From the NCBI RefSeq assembly GCF_000517085.1, contig NZ_KI912107.1:866398-930397 (forward strand): 64,000 nt of DNA, given 5' to 3'. Below the pieces are notes generated by a model. It searched no databases and had not been told where the DNA came from. It saw only the letters and a program-made list of their open reading frames with translations. The DNA comes from Saccharicrinis fermentans DSM 9555 = JCM 21142. Lineage in GTDB: Bacteria > Bacteroidota > Bacteroidia > Bacteroidales > Marinilabiliaceae. Shown here piece after piece: positions 9,560 through 19,439 of the stretch. Each line of letters opens with the position of its first letter. The first letter of the stretch is position 1. Both the position numbers and the translations under genes were made by a program.

Positions 9560-10570
9560 TTACTTGTTTTGCAGTAAGGACTGTAAAAGATCGGGTGTGA
9601 TATTTAAGTTTTCTATTTTTTGGGAGTTTTCGGCAAGTTCTCTGAAGGCAAAGGCGATGTTGTCTTTGGCATCCATACTACCTGCATTCATAGCCATCAG
9701 CATTTTCCAATCAAAATCTTTGTAAGGAGATAAGGTTTTATCCAATAGATAACCCTTGGCATCTGCTTCTTTTTTCATGTTCTCCACGCGCATCTTTGTC
9801 AGTTCTGTTTTGGACTGCTCAATGGATACGTCTGCTTCGATTTTAGTTTCACGTATCTTACGATCGTTTTCCTGTTCTTTAATTTTTATCTGGGCTTTTT
9901 TCTCCTGTATCTGCTTTTCTTTTTCCTGAACTGCGATTTCGGTATTTAACTCACTCTCGCGAATTTTTCTTTCTTGTTCAACGGCGAAGTTGCGTCGTTC
10001 GTATATGGCCTGATCGGCTTCTTTTTGTAATGCCTCCCGTGTTTCCGTTTCCAATGCTTTGGCCATTTCGGGGGTAGGCGTTACTGCAATAACATCCACG
10101 TTGATCACTTCCACTCCCAGGTGTTTGATGGCTTTGGAGTTGGTTAAGCCGGTGCTGATCATTTCTCCTATTTCCTTGGCACTTCGAATGGCTGATTTTA
10201 AGTCTAATTGTTGTATGAATTTTGCTGTGGCTGTCTGGGCCTCATTATTCAAACGCTGATTAATTTTTTCAAAGTTGTCTTCTTTGTGTTGCTGTTTATT
10301 AACCAGTGTGAAATCCAGTACTTCAGATAATTGTTTAGGATCGGTAATAACGTATGTTATTTGTCCTTGAATGGCAATTTTTTGAAAATCATGGGTTGTC
10401 TCTCTAAAAATAAATTGAATGTCCTTGCTACCAATAGGAATGGCTGCGATGGATGTTTTGGGAGCCCAGTAATAGAAAGACAATCCTTTGCCTTCTCTTT
10501 TTATTTTACCGTTAGAAAACTGAATGACGTGCGTCATTGCATCAAATTTTATAAAGTTTATTCCAAACAT
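9560..10570 (-). CDS. SPFH/band-7 (flotillin-like) domain protein
   Basis: SPFH core followed by a long E/K-rich coiled coil. It is only 3 nt from the downstream gene. Confidence 0.75.
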   Translation of the reverse strand: MFGINFIKFDAMTHVIQFSNGKIKREGKGLSFYYWAPKTSIAAIPIGSKDIQFIFRETTHDFQKIAIQGQITYVITDPKQLSEVLDFTLVNKQQHKEDNFEKINQRLNNEAQTATAKFIQQLDLKSAIRSAKEIGEMISTGLTNSKAIKHLGVEVINVDVIAVTPTPEMAKALETETREALQKEADQAIYERRNFAVEQERKIRESELNTEIAVQEKEKQIQEKKAQIKIKEQENDRKIRETKIEADVSIEQSKTELTKMRVENMKKEADAKGYLLDKTLSPYKDFDWKMLMAMNAGSMDAKDNIAFAFRELAENSQKIENLNITPDLLQSLLQNK

Positions 10571-10719
10571 AGTGTTAATTTTTAAACGATTATTGATTCA
10601 AATACCTTACTAAAAGGGTGTATGATTTCCATTCAATGACTGCTGCCATTGTTAAACCCGAACTTTGTATAACGATGTTATAATGCCTCATCCGGGTAAA
10701 AGGGGGTAGCTTTCCATTT

Positions 10720-10752
10720 AGCTGTATTTTGGTTTGTCAGACAAATACAGCT
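10720..10752. promoter_or_regulatory. perfect 10-bp inverted repeat AGCTGTATTT-N13-AAATACAGCT between the NUDIX and SPFH genes
   Basis: Seen directly in sequence. It could be an operator or an intra-operon hairpin. Confidence 0.35.
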
Positions 10753-10792
10753 AAAGTCTGACTTGTGCTACAGGTACATATTGATGATGGAT

Positions 10793-11518
10793 TTAAATTT
10801 CAAAATTTAACCCTCTGCTTTTTAAAGCCTGATACTTTTCTTTGTCAAACCTAAATTGTCGAGCACCTTTGTGCCCTACACCTTTGAGTTTGTTTTCTAT
10901 GGGTTCCAGAATATCAAGACTGGTAATTTTTCTGTTAAAATTTCTTCTGTCAAGTTGTATGCCTAGTATGGCCTCATAGAGCCTTTGTAACTGCGGTATG
11001 GTGAAAATTTCTTCCAGTAATTCAAAGCCAATGGGTTCATATCTAATTTTAGATTTTAAGCGATTATGCCCCTCTCTCAGTATCCTGTCGTGATCAAAAG
11101 CCAAGGACGGAACCTGATGTATGGGAAACCACTTTGCAGCGCTGGCATCATCTCCGCCAATAACTTTAAAATCTGTGGATCGAATCAGGGCGTAGTATGA
11201 GACTGTAATGACTCTACCCCGGGGGTCCCTCTTTACATCGCTAAAAGTATATAATTGTTCCAAATAGAGATCACTTACACCCGTTTCTTCAGTGAGTTCT
11301 CTTCTGGCACATTCTTCTGTTGTTTCGTCCATTTGAAGAAAACCTCCCGGAAGTGCCCATTGCCCTTTGAAGGGTTCTATTCCTCTTTCAATAAGCAAGA
11401 TGTTTAACTCTATTCCATCAAAACCAAAGATAACACAGTCGGTAGTTACCGATGGGCGAGGATATTCATAGCTATATGTTTTGTTTTGTGTGTTCATATT
11501 TATGTGTCTTAACGACAC
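10793..11518 (-). CDS. NUDIX hydrolase with NrtR-like C-terminal winged-helix domain
   Basis: Nudix box GGFLQMDETTEECARRELTEETGV, plus a ~90-aa C-terminal extension resembling the NrtR DNA-binding domain. Confidence 0.7.
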   Translation of the reverse strand: MSLRHINMNTQNKTYSYEYPRPSVTTDCVIFGFDGIELNILLIERGIEPFKGQWALPGGFLQMDETTEECARRELTEETGVSDLYLEQLYTFSDVKRDPRGRVITVSYYALIRSTDFKVIGGDDASAAKWFPIHQVPSLAFDHDRILREGHNRLKSKIRYEPIGFELLEEIFTIPQLQRLYEAILGIQLDRRNFNRKITSLDILEPIENKLKGVGHKGARQFRFDKEKYQALKSRGLNFEI

Positions 11519-11683
11519 AAATGTATGAATAAATATTTGACTGCCAAAAATTTTGTGTCAAAATTACACAAAAAAACCATAAATATTGTATTGTATTGAT
11601 AATTAATGATATGGATGATTGTTGTCCTAGATGTCTGATGAAAATATATTTGGAATTAGCATAAAAGGGATGAAATTAATCTA

Positions 11684-11742
11684 TGTCACGCTTTTGTCAC
11701 GCTTATATCCTTGACAATTCGCTTAAATTATCATAATATTAG
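11684..11742 (+). promoter_or_regulatory. tandem direct repeat TGTCACGCTT x2, then TTGACA-N17-TAATAT, upstream of the protease-nuclease gene
   Basis: A canonical sigma70-type -35/-10 with 17-nt spacing, which is unusual for this lineage. The direct repeats lie immediately upstream. Confidence 0.35.
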
Positions 11743-11778
11743 TCGTACATCTCCAGAATATATTTTGGAATAAAAACA

Positions 11779-13599
11779 ATGATTATGGACTCTAAAATTG
11801 ATGAGCAGAAACTCAAGGATTTTGTTAGGAAGCATGCTCCCAGTTATTTGAAACAAGCCAATGTTAATTCAGTTGGATTGGCTTATAAAATTGAAAATGG
11901 AAAACGAACGGATCAATTAGCGATTCAATTTACGGTTTGTAAAAAGGTCGCACTAGAGTCGCTAGAATCGATCAATGAGGTTCCCATTCCTGCATCCTTT
12001 CAAGTGGATGGAAAGGATATACCATCGGATATCATTGAACGAGATTATGATATTAACCCCGTAAAAATGATTGACAAAACAAAGGGTTTACGTAAGCAAT
12101 TTTTAGATCCTATATTGCCCGGTTGTAGTATTGGGCATCCAACTATTTCGGCAGGTACTGCCGGCTGTGTGGTATTTGATAAATACAATGGGGAAGAATA
12201 TATTTTATCTAATTGGCATGTTCTTCAAGGGAGTCGTGGTAATATTGGCGATAGAGTAGTGCAACCCGGAATGCATGATGATGCCCGAAAAGATCGCAAT
12301 GATGCGGGTGTTCTGGTGAATAGTCACCTGGGCTTGGCGGGAGATTGTGCAATAGCGAAAATGGATAAAAGAAAGGTCGATGGCCAAATAATAGACCTAG
12401 ATGTTTGCGTGGAGAATATCTCAGCACCTTGGCTGGGAGACAAGGTCATGAAATCGGGAAGAACAACATCTCTAACCTTTGGTATTGTAACTCGGATTGA
12501 TGTGACAACCAAGATGAATTATGGTGCCCAAGGTGATATTAATATAGGTTGTTTTGAATATACACCTGATCCAGATCATTTACCTTTTGATGGAGAAATC
12601 AGCATGGGAGGTGATTCGGGTGCTGCAGTTATGTTAGCGGATGATAGTAAGGCTACATCTACCATGTTGGGACTTCATTTTGCGGGTGAGGTGGGCAATG
12701 CGCCTGAACACGCTTTGGCTTGTTATGCTACTTCGGTTTTTGAAAAATTAAATATATCTGCAAAGCCGCCTACGCAAGCTGCTGTTCTTCAAGAAATTAA
12801 AAAAGGATACGATAGCAATTTTTTGTCCATTCCCTTGAGGTCTCCCTACCCTGTTAATGAGGGTGTTTTTGATGAACTCCTAAAGCATAAAAACGAAAAT
12901 GTATTTGATTATATGCATTATTCTTTGGTTTTACATCGCGAAAGAAAGCTGGCTGCATGGGTTGCTTGGAATATTGATGGCGGTCATATTAAGAAGGTGA
13001 ATAGGGTGGACTTTAAGAAAGATCCTCATTTACCGATGGAGGCACAAATAGGAAATGAATTGTATAAACACAATGATTTAGATAGGGGACATATGGCTCG
13101 TAGGGCCGAATTGTGTTGGGGGACACTTGCTGAGGCAAAAAAAGCCAATGACGATTCTTTTTATTATACGAATATCGCTCCTCAACATAAACGTTTTAAT
13201 CAATCTCATATGTATGGTGTGTGGGGACAACTTGAGAATGCGGTTTTTGATCAGGCCAAAATAAAAGACTTGAAGGTTTCTGTGATGGCAGGGCCCTTAT
13301 TTAATGAGAGTGATCCCATATACAGAGGTGTGAAGATTCCTAAGGAATACTGGAAAGTAATATGTTATGTGGATGAGGTGAATAATCAGCTCGTACATCA
13401 CTGCTTTATCTTAACTCAGTCAGATCTGGTTGCTGATTTGGAAAGGTTGGACTTTGATGCATTTAAATTATTTAAAGTTTCCATTTCAACCATTGCTGAA
13501 AAGTCTAATTTTAAGATTGTTGACCTTGTTTCAAAGGAGTCTGTTGAAACAATAGAGGAAGTGAGAGAGATATTCTCTGTTTATGACATATTCAATTAA
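11779..13599 (+). CDS. trypsin-like serine peptidase fused to DNA/RNA non-specific (His-Me finger, Serratia-type) endonuclease
   Basis: Catalytic triad contexts SNWHVL, DCAIAKMD and GDSGAAV, then the nuclease motifs DRGHMARRAE and NIAPQHKRFN. No signal peptide is evident. Confidence 0.75.
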   Translation: MIMDSKIDEQKLKDFVRKHAPSYLKQANVNSVGLAYKIENGKRTDQLAIQFTVCKKVALESLESINEVPIPASFQVDGKDIPSDIIERDYDINPVKMIDKTKGLRKQFLDPILPGCSIGHPTISAGTAGCVVFDKYNGEEYILSNWHVLQGSRGNIGDRVVQPGMHDDARKDRNDAGVLVNSHLGLAGDCAIAKMDKRKVDGQIIDLDVCVENISAPWLGDKVMKSGRTTSLTFGIVTRIDVTTKMNYGAQGDINIGCFEYTPDPDHLPFDGEISMGGDSGAAVMLADDSKATSTMLGLHFAGEVGNAPEHALACYATSVFEKLNISAKPPTQAAVLQEIKKGYDSNFLSIPLRSPYPVNEGVFDELLKHKNENVFDYMHYSLVLHRERKLAAWVAWNIDGGHIKKVNRVDFKKDPHLPMEAQIGNELYKHNDLDRGHMARRAELCWGTLAEAKKANDDSFYYTNIAPQHKRFNQSHMYGVWGQLENAVFDQAKIKDLKVSVMAGPLFNESDPIYRGVKIPKEYWKVICYVDEVNNQLVHHCFILTQSDLVADLERLDFDAFKLFKVSISTIAEKSNFKIVDLVSKESVETIEEVREIFSVYDIFN

Positions 13600-13602
13600 T
13601 AA

Positions 13603-13668
13603 TGATGAAACGAGCCATGGGAATTGTTTAGCTTCGCTGACCTTTGATTCGCACATAGGGGGATGGTT
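13603..13668 (+). repeat. dispersed intergenic element, copy D (diverged, with flanking stem ATGAAACGAG/CTGTTTCAT)
   Basis: Shares the GATGAAACGAGCCATGGGAAT core with the copies in the ars cluster. Confidence 0.45.
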
Positions 13669-13707
13669 AGTATCGGCCTGTTTCATGCAACAAATAAAAA
13701 TACTAAG

Positions 13708-15054
13708 GCTATGAAATATTGTTTAATGATTATGGTAAGTTCATTCTGTTTTAGCTTGTATGCGCAGGTGAAGGGTACTGTTAAGGAGGTTCATGAAACA
13801 TCGTTTGAGAAACCTCAACATGCTATAACTCTAAAGTATTATTCAGACAAAAAAGCATTGGTTATTGATAAACCGTTTTGGTTGAAAAAGAATACCGAGT
13901 ATACTGTTTTTATTGAGGGTGTTAATTCTGCGATTGTCAAGCAACAGTTTCATCAAAAGAGTTTCTTTTGGGTTTCTGAGCGACCTAAAATTTTAGAAAC
14001 TATTTTTCCCATGGGTTCTTCTTATCAATATCTTATAAGTAAAGAAGTGGGGGACTTATCTGCGCCGGAATCGATGAATGCTGAAAGTACTTGTGTACCG
14101 AAGAGCTTGAGCTCATTAATAGAAGAGGCGATTATAAAGTATCAGAATTTGATGGACATCAAACAAGGTATATTAAATCTTTACGAATCTACTGCTATAT
14201 TGCCCAATATGGAAATGGCAGTAAATACTAGCGATACGATTTCGATTCTATTGGGAGGAAAGGATTTGTCGGATGATGAATTTGCCATGAAAATTAAAGA
14301 GCATCATCTTTTTGTAAAAACAGTGGAAGAGTTGTATGCCGCTTATTTGTCGCAGTTGAAGCCCGACTGTGTGTCGAAAGAATGCATACGTAATGCGATT
14401 TTGTTGCGATTGTATGTAGAGGAAATAGAGGGCGTAAATTATGCTAAATTGCTGGCTTTTTTAAAGGCATCTAAAAAGGCAAAAGAAAAGATCATGGTTT
14501 CTTCATTTAAGGCGGATAAAGATCTGGTTGAACTAGATGTGAAGTTGATGAATACATTTACTGGAGATACCTTGGCCGACAATAAGATTGTCCTTGATAC
14601 TTATGGGGGGTGGTCATTTGATTTTTCAACAGGATTTATGATGAATTCTTTGATTAACAAAGCGTATGCTTTAAAAAGTTTGGATGATGCGCGTTATGAA
14701 GTTATAGAAGAAGATGGGAGCGAAATGGATTTTGGTTTTGGTGGTTTGGGACATTTGACGTATAAATATTCTCCTTGTTTTAAAGTGGGAATAGCCACAG
14801 GTGCTAGCCTGTCTTTATATGATGGTAACTTGAGGTACTTATTGGGTCCTACCGTATTATTTGGTAAAAGGAATAAGTTATCTATGACCGGAGGACTTAG
14901 CTTTGCTAAGCTTGAACAATTGTCTGCAAGTGTTACAAGAGAATCGGATGGAACACATACTGTGCCCATTACCGCAGAATCTATACCTACCTACCATAAG
15001 CTAAAGACTGGCTGGTTTGTGAGCGTGTCTTATGTGATTGTTAGTAAAAAGTGA
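13708..15054 (+). CDS. secreted / outer-membrane protein of unknown function
   Basis: Signal peptide MKYCLMIMVSSFCFSLYAQ and a C-terminal beta-strand ending in an aromatic residue. Confidence 0.5.
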   Translation, partial: AMKYCLMIMVSSFCFSLYAQVKGTVKEVHETSFEKPQHAITLKYYSDKKALVIDKPFWLKKNTEYTVFIEGVNSAIVKQQFHQKSFFWVSERPKILETIFPMGSSYQYLISKEVGDLSAPESMNAESTCVPKSLSSLIEEAIIKYQNLMDIKQGILNLYESTAILPNMEMAVNTSDTISILLGGKDLSDDEFAMKIKEHHLFVKTVEELYAAYLSQLKPDCVSKECIRNAILLRLYVEEIEGVNYAKLLAFLKASKKAKEKIMVSSFKADKDLVELDVKLMNTFTGDTLADNKIVLDTYGGWSFDFSTGFMMNSLINKAYALKSLDDARYEVIEEDGSEMDFGFGGLGHLTYKYSPCFKVGIATGASLSLYDGNLRYLLGPTVLFGKRNKLSMTGGLSFAKLEQLSASVTRESDGTHTVPITAESIPTYHKLKTGWFVSVSYVIVSKK

Positions 15055-15094
15055 ATGATTGTGCATTCCCATAGTCTGGACATATGCGATATTT

Positions 15095-15120
15095 GGGGTG
15101 TATATTCTAGTATACACCCC
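15095..15120. terminator. bidirectional terminator hairpin GGGGTGTATA-ttctag-TATACACCCC
   Basis: Perfect 10-bp stem between convergent genes. Confidence 0.6.
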
Positions 15121-15128
15121 GAATCTTA

Positions 15129-15566
15129 TTATTTACCCGCTTGTTGAATATTAACGTAGTCAAAATAATCACCTGCTTCAAAAGTGATATTCATAACTCG
15201 GTCATCTTCAGTGTTATTTTCATTTATTTTGACGAAAAGGGTATTTTTATCTCGCTTCTCAACCAAAAAATGTTTTTCAATAATACGAAATGAGTGTGAT
15301 TCAAGGTTTATATCCTCTCTACCATAGTAGCTATAAATGCTATCTTCAAAGGTAATGGCATCAATCCACCAGCCATCTCCTTTTGTTGTTATTGTTGCTG
15401 AATCTGTTTTTGCTTCAAGGTCAACATGCTTTGTTGATAGTTTTATAACATCATCCCATTTTCCAATTAGTTGGTCTTTGTCAGAACAAGAATTAAGTAT
15501 AAAAATGCTTGCTATTACAATCATTAAATTTTTCATGTTTAGAGATAAAAGTCTTTGTTTTTTCAT
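15129..15566 (-). CDS. small lipoprotein of unknown function
   Basis: Lipobox ...FILNSC after a hydrophobic signal. The start is uncertain, with 15536 as an alternative. Confidence 0.5.
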   Translation of the reverse strand: MKKQRLLSLNMKNLMIVIASIFILNSCSDKDQLIGKWDDVIKLSTKHVDLEAKTDSATITTKGDGWWIDAITFEDSIYSYYGREDINLESHSFRIIEKHFLVEKRDKNTLFVKINENNTEDDRVMNITFEAGDYFDYVNIQQAGK

Positions 15567-15652
15567 TTGTTCGAATTGAATTATGTTTTGGATGTGGTCG
15601 AAAATAGATTGGTACATTTTTTATAAAAAACGCAGTGGAAAAAATATGAGGC

Positions 15653-17407
15653 TCAGTGCATACGGTTATTATCGATGGCAAATTGAAGGAGGTAGGGGGT
15701 GGGAGAATTCCAATTTAAGCAGACTTCGTTACTGGCATAGCTTTTCCATACATCGCGATAAGCCTGCATAGGTGAAACGTTTTTGGGATATTCCACATCA
15801 TTGGAATCTTGCCTGCCGTAGTTGGGACCACCGCATACAAAACCAGGTACAGGCGCTTTAATGCTATCGGATTTGGATGCCCTGTGATGTATATTCATCG
15901 GAGATTTGGATCCTACACCAGTGACCATGGAAATACCCAAGGCATTATGACCAAACAGGTAGTTTAAAGATGAATACACAGCATCGGCATATTCTTGTTT
16001 GTCCGAAATAGAATAAGCATTGGCTATGATAAAAGCAATATTTTGGACATCACTGTTAGATGCCCATTGAAAATCATTTACACCTTGCTGATAATCGTAG
16101 GTTTGTATACGTTTTGTTAAATCATCAGCACTAACTATTAATCTTTTTTCGAGTTCTTTTAAAGTACGTACCGGGATGTCACTCTTTTCGCTTAATAAGG
16201 TAAAAACACCTAAGTAACGCATAAAGCTTTTCCACCCATCGCCATATGTATAGGTAAGGTCTGGCAGGTTATTTTGTATAAAGTCTAGATATTGTTTTTT
16301 GCCGGTAGAAATATATAACTCAGAGGCTGCCCAGAATTGTTCTTGCGAAGAATCATCATCGCCATATTCACCAGTTACCACATCTGAGGGATTTTTAAAA
16401 ATCACATCCGGGTTTTGTACGCCCCAATGCCATGCATTTTGAGCCTGTGTTATCCATGTTTTTGCAAGGTTGGCATCGTATTTCTGATAATTTCGCGCCA
16501 TTTTAGCCATAAAAGCTGCAAAGTCAAATGTTGCTACGGAGCTCTTGGGCATGATAAAACGAGGTTCGGTTGCTTCATGAGGCATGATGGCATCCGCAAA
16601 GCTTTTGGTGGTAAGTTTATGAAACACGCCACCATCCCGATCTTGCATAGTAGCTATCCAGTCAGCTTCGTATTTAATCTCATCCAATAAATCATTTATA
16701 TCATTTCCACTTTCTGGTATATTTAAGGAATTATCCGGATATAGGTCGGGATATTCTTCCAGGGTATAAAGTAATTGACCTGCAGCAAAAGAACCATTTG
16801 TAACGTACTTTCCAAAGTCTCCGGCATCGTACCACCCTTTTGCAGATGCTATGGCTCCGTTTTTTCCGGTTGAGGGATGAAATAAAACCTGATGATCCGG
16901 GTGTCCGGCTTTACGTTTCCATAAGCCGCCATATTCTTCGGTAATAGCTGTGCCAACCCTTTGGTAATAGTATGATTTGGCAACCGATTGAAGTACCTTG
17001 TCGTAAATGTCATTACCAATTTTAAATGGGTAAGAATATATTTCGTTATCGCATTTGATCTGGTAGTGACCAACTTTATTGAGTGCAGAGAAGTCCAATT
17101 GTTGAATGGTTTCACCTGATAATTGTGCTTCCTTCTTATCTTCAGCTTTTCCATTTAGCACTTCTTCTCCTGTTTTTAAGTCGATAATAGAAAAAGTCGT
17201 TATTTCCTTGTTGACTACAATAGTTGCTATTTTGAGGGCTTTGGGAAAATAACCTAATTGGTTTAAACGAATGTTTTCTGAGGCGGGATGTATATATTTT
17301 AATGTTGCACCTGGATCATTGCCTGTGCTTACTTTATTTTTTGAGTCCTTTTTAACTTGGCAGCTGTATAAAGCTGCAAAAATAAATATGGCCATCAGAT
17401 ATTTCAT
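15653..17407 (-). CDS. glycoside hydrolase family 9 endoglucanase lipoprotein
   Basis: GH9 signatures GWYDAGDFGKY, HHRASK and ASNEVCLNWNSP. There is an N-terminal lipobox and an Ig-like N-domain. Confidence 0.8.
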   Translation of the reverse strand: MKYLMAIFIFAALYSCQVKKDSKNKVSTGNDPGATLKYIHPASENIRLNQLGYFPKALKIATIVVNKEITTFSIIDLKTGEEVLNGKAEDKKEAQLSGETIQQLDFSALNKVGHYQIKCDNEIYSYPFKIGNDIYDKVLQSVAKSYYYQRVGTAITEEYGGLWKRKAGHPDHQVLFHPSTGKNGAIASAKGWYDAGDFGKYVTNGSFAAGQLLYTLEEYPDLYPDNSLNIPESGNDINDLLDEIKYEADWIATMQDRDGGVFHKLTTKSFADAIMPHEATEPRFIMPKSSVATFDFAAFMAKMARNYQKYDANLAKTWITQAQNAWHWGVQNPDVIFKNPSDVVTGEYGDDDSSQEQFWAASELYISTGKKQYLDFIQNNLPDLTYTYGDGWKSFMRYLGVFTLLSEKSDIPVRTLKELEKRLIVSADDLTKRIQTYDYQQGVNDFQWASNSDVQNIAFIIANAYSISDKQEYADAVYSSLNYLFGHNALGISMVTGVGSKSPMNIHHRASKSDSIKAPVPGFVCGGPNYGRQDSNDVEYPKNVSPMQAYRDVWKSYASNEVCLNWNSPTPYLLQFAIDNNRMH

Positions 17408-17502
17408 TCTTGTAGATTTTTTTATTAGGGTAACAACTTGAATTTATTGTTTTAAAAATACCAAATATTTTCAACTAGTCTGAAATTTTCTAAAAAAAAA
17501 AG

Positions 17503-18431
17503 GGGATGTTCTATGGAATTAAACATCCTGTTGCAAGATAAAGAATTAGCCAATATGTTAGATGTTGTTGAAGTATTAGACCATGAAATGGTTATAAAAT
17601 ATGAAAATGGCATTTTGAGTGAAGTCCTTAAACCTGGTCGATATGCCTATTGGAGGAGTATTGGCGACCAAAGGTGTTATTGTTCCCAATGCGGTAGGTG
17701 TTGATATTGGGTACGGTATGTGCGCCATGCGAACCAATATAGGTGATGCCGATTCTGATATGTTCTGGGAGTAGAAACCTAGGAAATCAAGTTGCTCAAT
17801 TCTACAACAAAAAAGCGAAATCCCTAAACGAACGCTGGCATACTTCAGTTCCAGCTTCATACGACCTGGCATTTTTGCCATCGAAACGGATGAAGCGCAC
17901 GCTTATATGGAAGAGATGAATTACTGCGTAAATTTTGCTTTTGCTAACCGTTGTTTAATGATGGAGCGCGTGCAACATGCTGTTCAATTTGTTATGAAAG
18001 GAGAGGTGCAGTTTGATGAATTGATGAATATAGCGCTTAACTATGCTGTCTGGGAGAATTATTTTGGTGAAAATGTCCTGGTTCATCGTAAAGGGGCAAC
18101 CATAGCACGTTTAGGTGAATTAGGTATTATTCCCGGATCACAAGGAACCAAATCATATATCGTGGAAGGTTTAGGCAATCCAGAAAGCTTTGAGTCATGC
18201 TCGCATGGTGCAGGACGTGTGATGGGAAGAAAGCAAGCCCAACGGGAGTTAGATTTGAACACTGAGATCAAGCGTTTGGATGATAAGGGCATTATTCACG
18301 GCATTCGTCATAACAAAGATCTAGATGAAGCGGCAGGAGCCTACAAGGATATTGATACCGTAATGGCCAATCAACAGGATTTAGTGAAAATTAAGGTTGA
18401 ATTGGAACCTTTGGCTGTTGTGAAAGGGTAG
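17503..18431 (+). pseudogene. decayed paralog of the SPFH-RtcB pair (internal deletions and frameshifts)
   Basis: Positions 17503-17660 are ~85% identical to SPFH codons ~50-97 at 31598. The reading then jumps into rtcB pieces. The last ~520 nt are ~97% identical to the rtcB 3' end, including the same terminator. Confidence 0.7.
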
Positions 18432-18434
18432 AGA

Positions 18435-18462
18435 AAAACTGGTGTAAATAACCAGTTTTTTT
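18435..18462 (+). terminator. rho-independent terminator AAAACTGGT-gtaaata-ACCAGTTTTTTT
   Basis: Identical to the terminator after intact rtcB at 33875. Confidence 0.6.
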
Positions 18463-18810
18463 GCTATTAAAATTCAATTATAGGCCGTCGTCGGACGACT
18501 ATTTTCCGATACAATATTTTCTAAGTGCTTATGTCTAGGTGTTTAGTGGGTTTGAGTTGTAAAAAAGAGGTAAAGATTATATGTTCTTAATATTGTTTAT
18601 AAAGGCTTTGATTTTAAGACTCTTCCTAAAGTGTTCACTTCCCAAAATTTCTTATTCTTTGTTCACTTTATTCCTTAGCTATGGTTTTCGAAATAAACAT
18701 GCCTCTCTATAGAATTGTAAAAGTAGTAAAAAACACAATTTATAGAAAAAGTAAACAAATTTGTTTATAATTGAATGGTTTTGTAATTTTGAAGAATTAA
18801 AATACTAATT

Positions 18811-19320
18811 ATGCTACCGGATATAAATAAAATAAAAGGTATTCACCCAGGAGCTATTCTGAAACGAGAGGTTAAAAAGCGAGGTCTGAAAAATAAGGAT
18901 TTGGCTCTTATGGTAGATGAGCATGCTCAAACAATTAGCGCCATATTGAAGGAAAAAAGAAGTGTAAATCCTAAATTATCCATTAGGTTGGGAAAACAAC
19001 TAGGTGTGGAAGAAGATTATTTTATGCTTTTACAAGCCAGTTATGATGTTAAAAAGGCTTATCAGAAAACAGGTAATAAATTAATCCCCAATCTTAAACT
19101 AATTAGAAAGGCTATTTTTTGGGATACCGATTTTGATAAAATAGATTGGTTGAAAAATAAGAGAGCTATTATAAAGCGTATTTTCGAAAGAGGCAATGAT
19201 ATTGAGATTCGTGAAATATTAAATTTCTATGGTACAGCAGATGTAAAGCACGAGATACGTAACATAGGAAGCAGTTATCTAGATTCGTTTAGCAAGAATG
19301 TAGCAAAATATTTATCTTAA
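18811..19320 (+). CDS. XRE/HigA-like HTH antitoxin-type protein with C-terminal extension
   Basis: HTH_XRE core (LALMVDEHAQTISAIL...). Confidence 0.6.
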   Translation: MLPDINKIKGIHPGAILKREVKKRGLKNKDLALMVDEHAQTISAILKEKRSVNPKLSIRLGKQLGVEEDYFMLLQASYDVKKAYQKTGNKLIPNLKLIRKAIFWDTDFDKIDWLKNKRAIIKRIFERGNDIEIREILNFYGTADVKHEIRNIGSSYLDSFSKNVAKYLS

Positions 19321-19322
19321 AT

Positions 19323-19418
19323 TATGACCATCCATAAAGAAACAGTTTCAGATTTACTTTGGGATACGCTTAAAAAATTAATGAAGTTTAAAGAACTGGA
19401 TGCTTTTAGGTTGGTATA
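19323..19418 (+). pseudogene. 5' stub (31 codons) of an AbiEii/nucleotidyltransferase-type toxin gene truncated by an IS66 insertion
   Basis: The N-terminal pattern ...LLWDTLKKLMKFKELDAFRLV stops exactly where IS66 sequence begins. Confidence 0.35.
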
Positions 19419-19439
19419 AAAGGAAGCTGTGATTTACTA

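Noticed and set aside
12205-12512. Three short minus-strand ORFs
   Set aside because: They are embedded antisense in the protease-nuclease gene.
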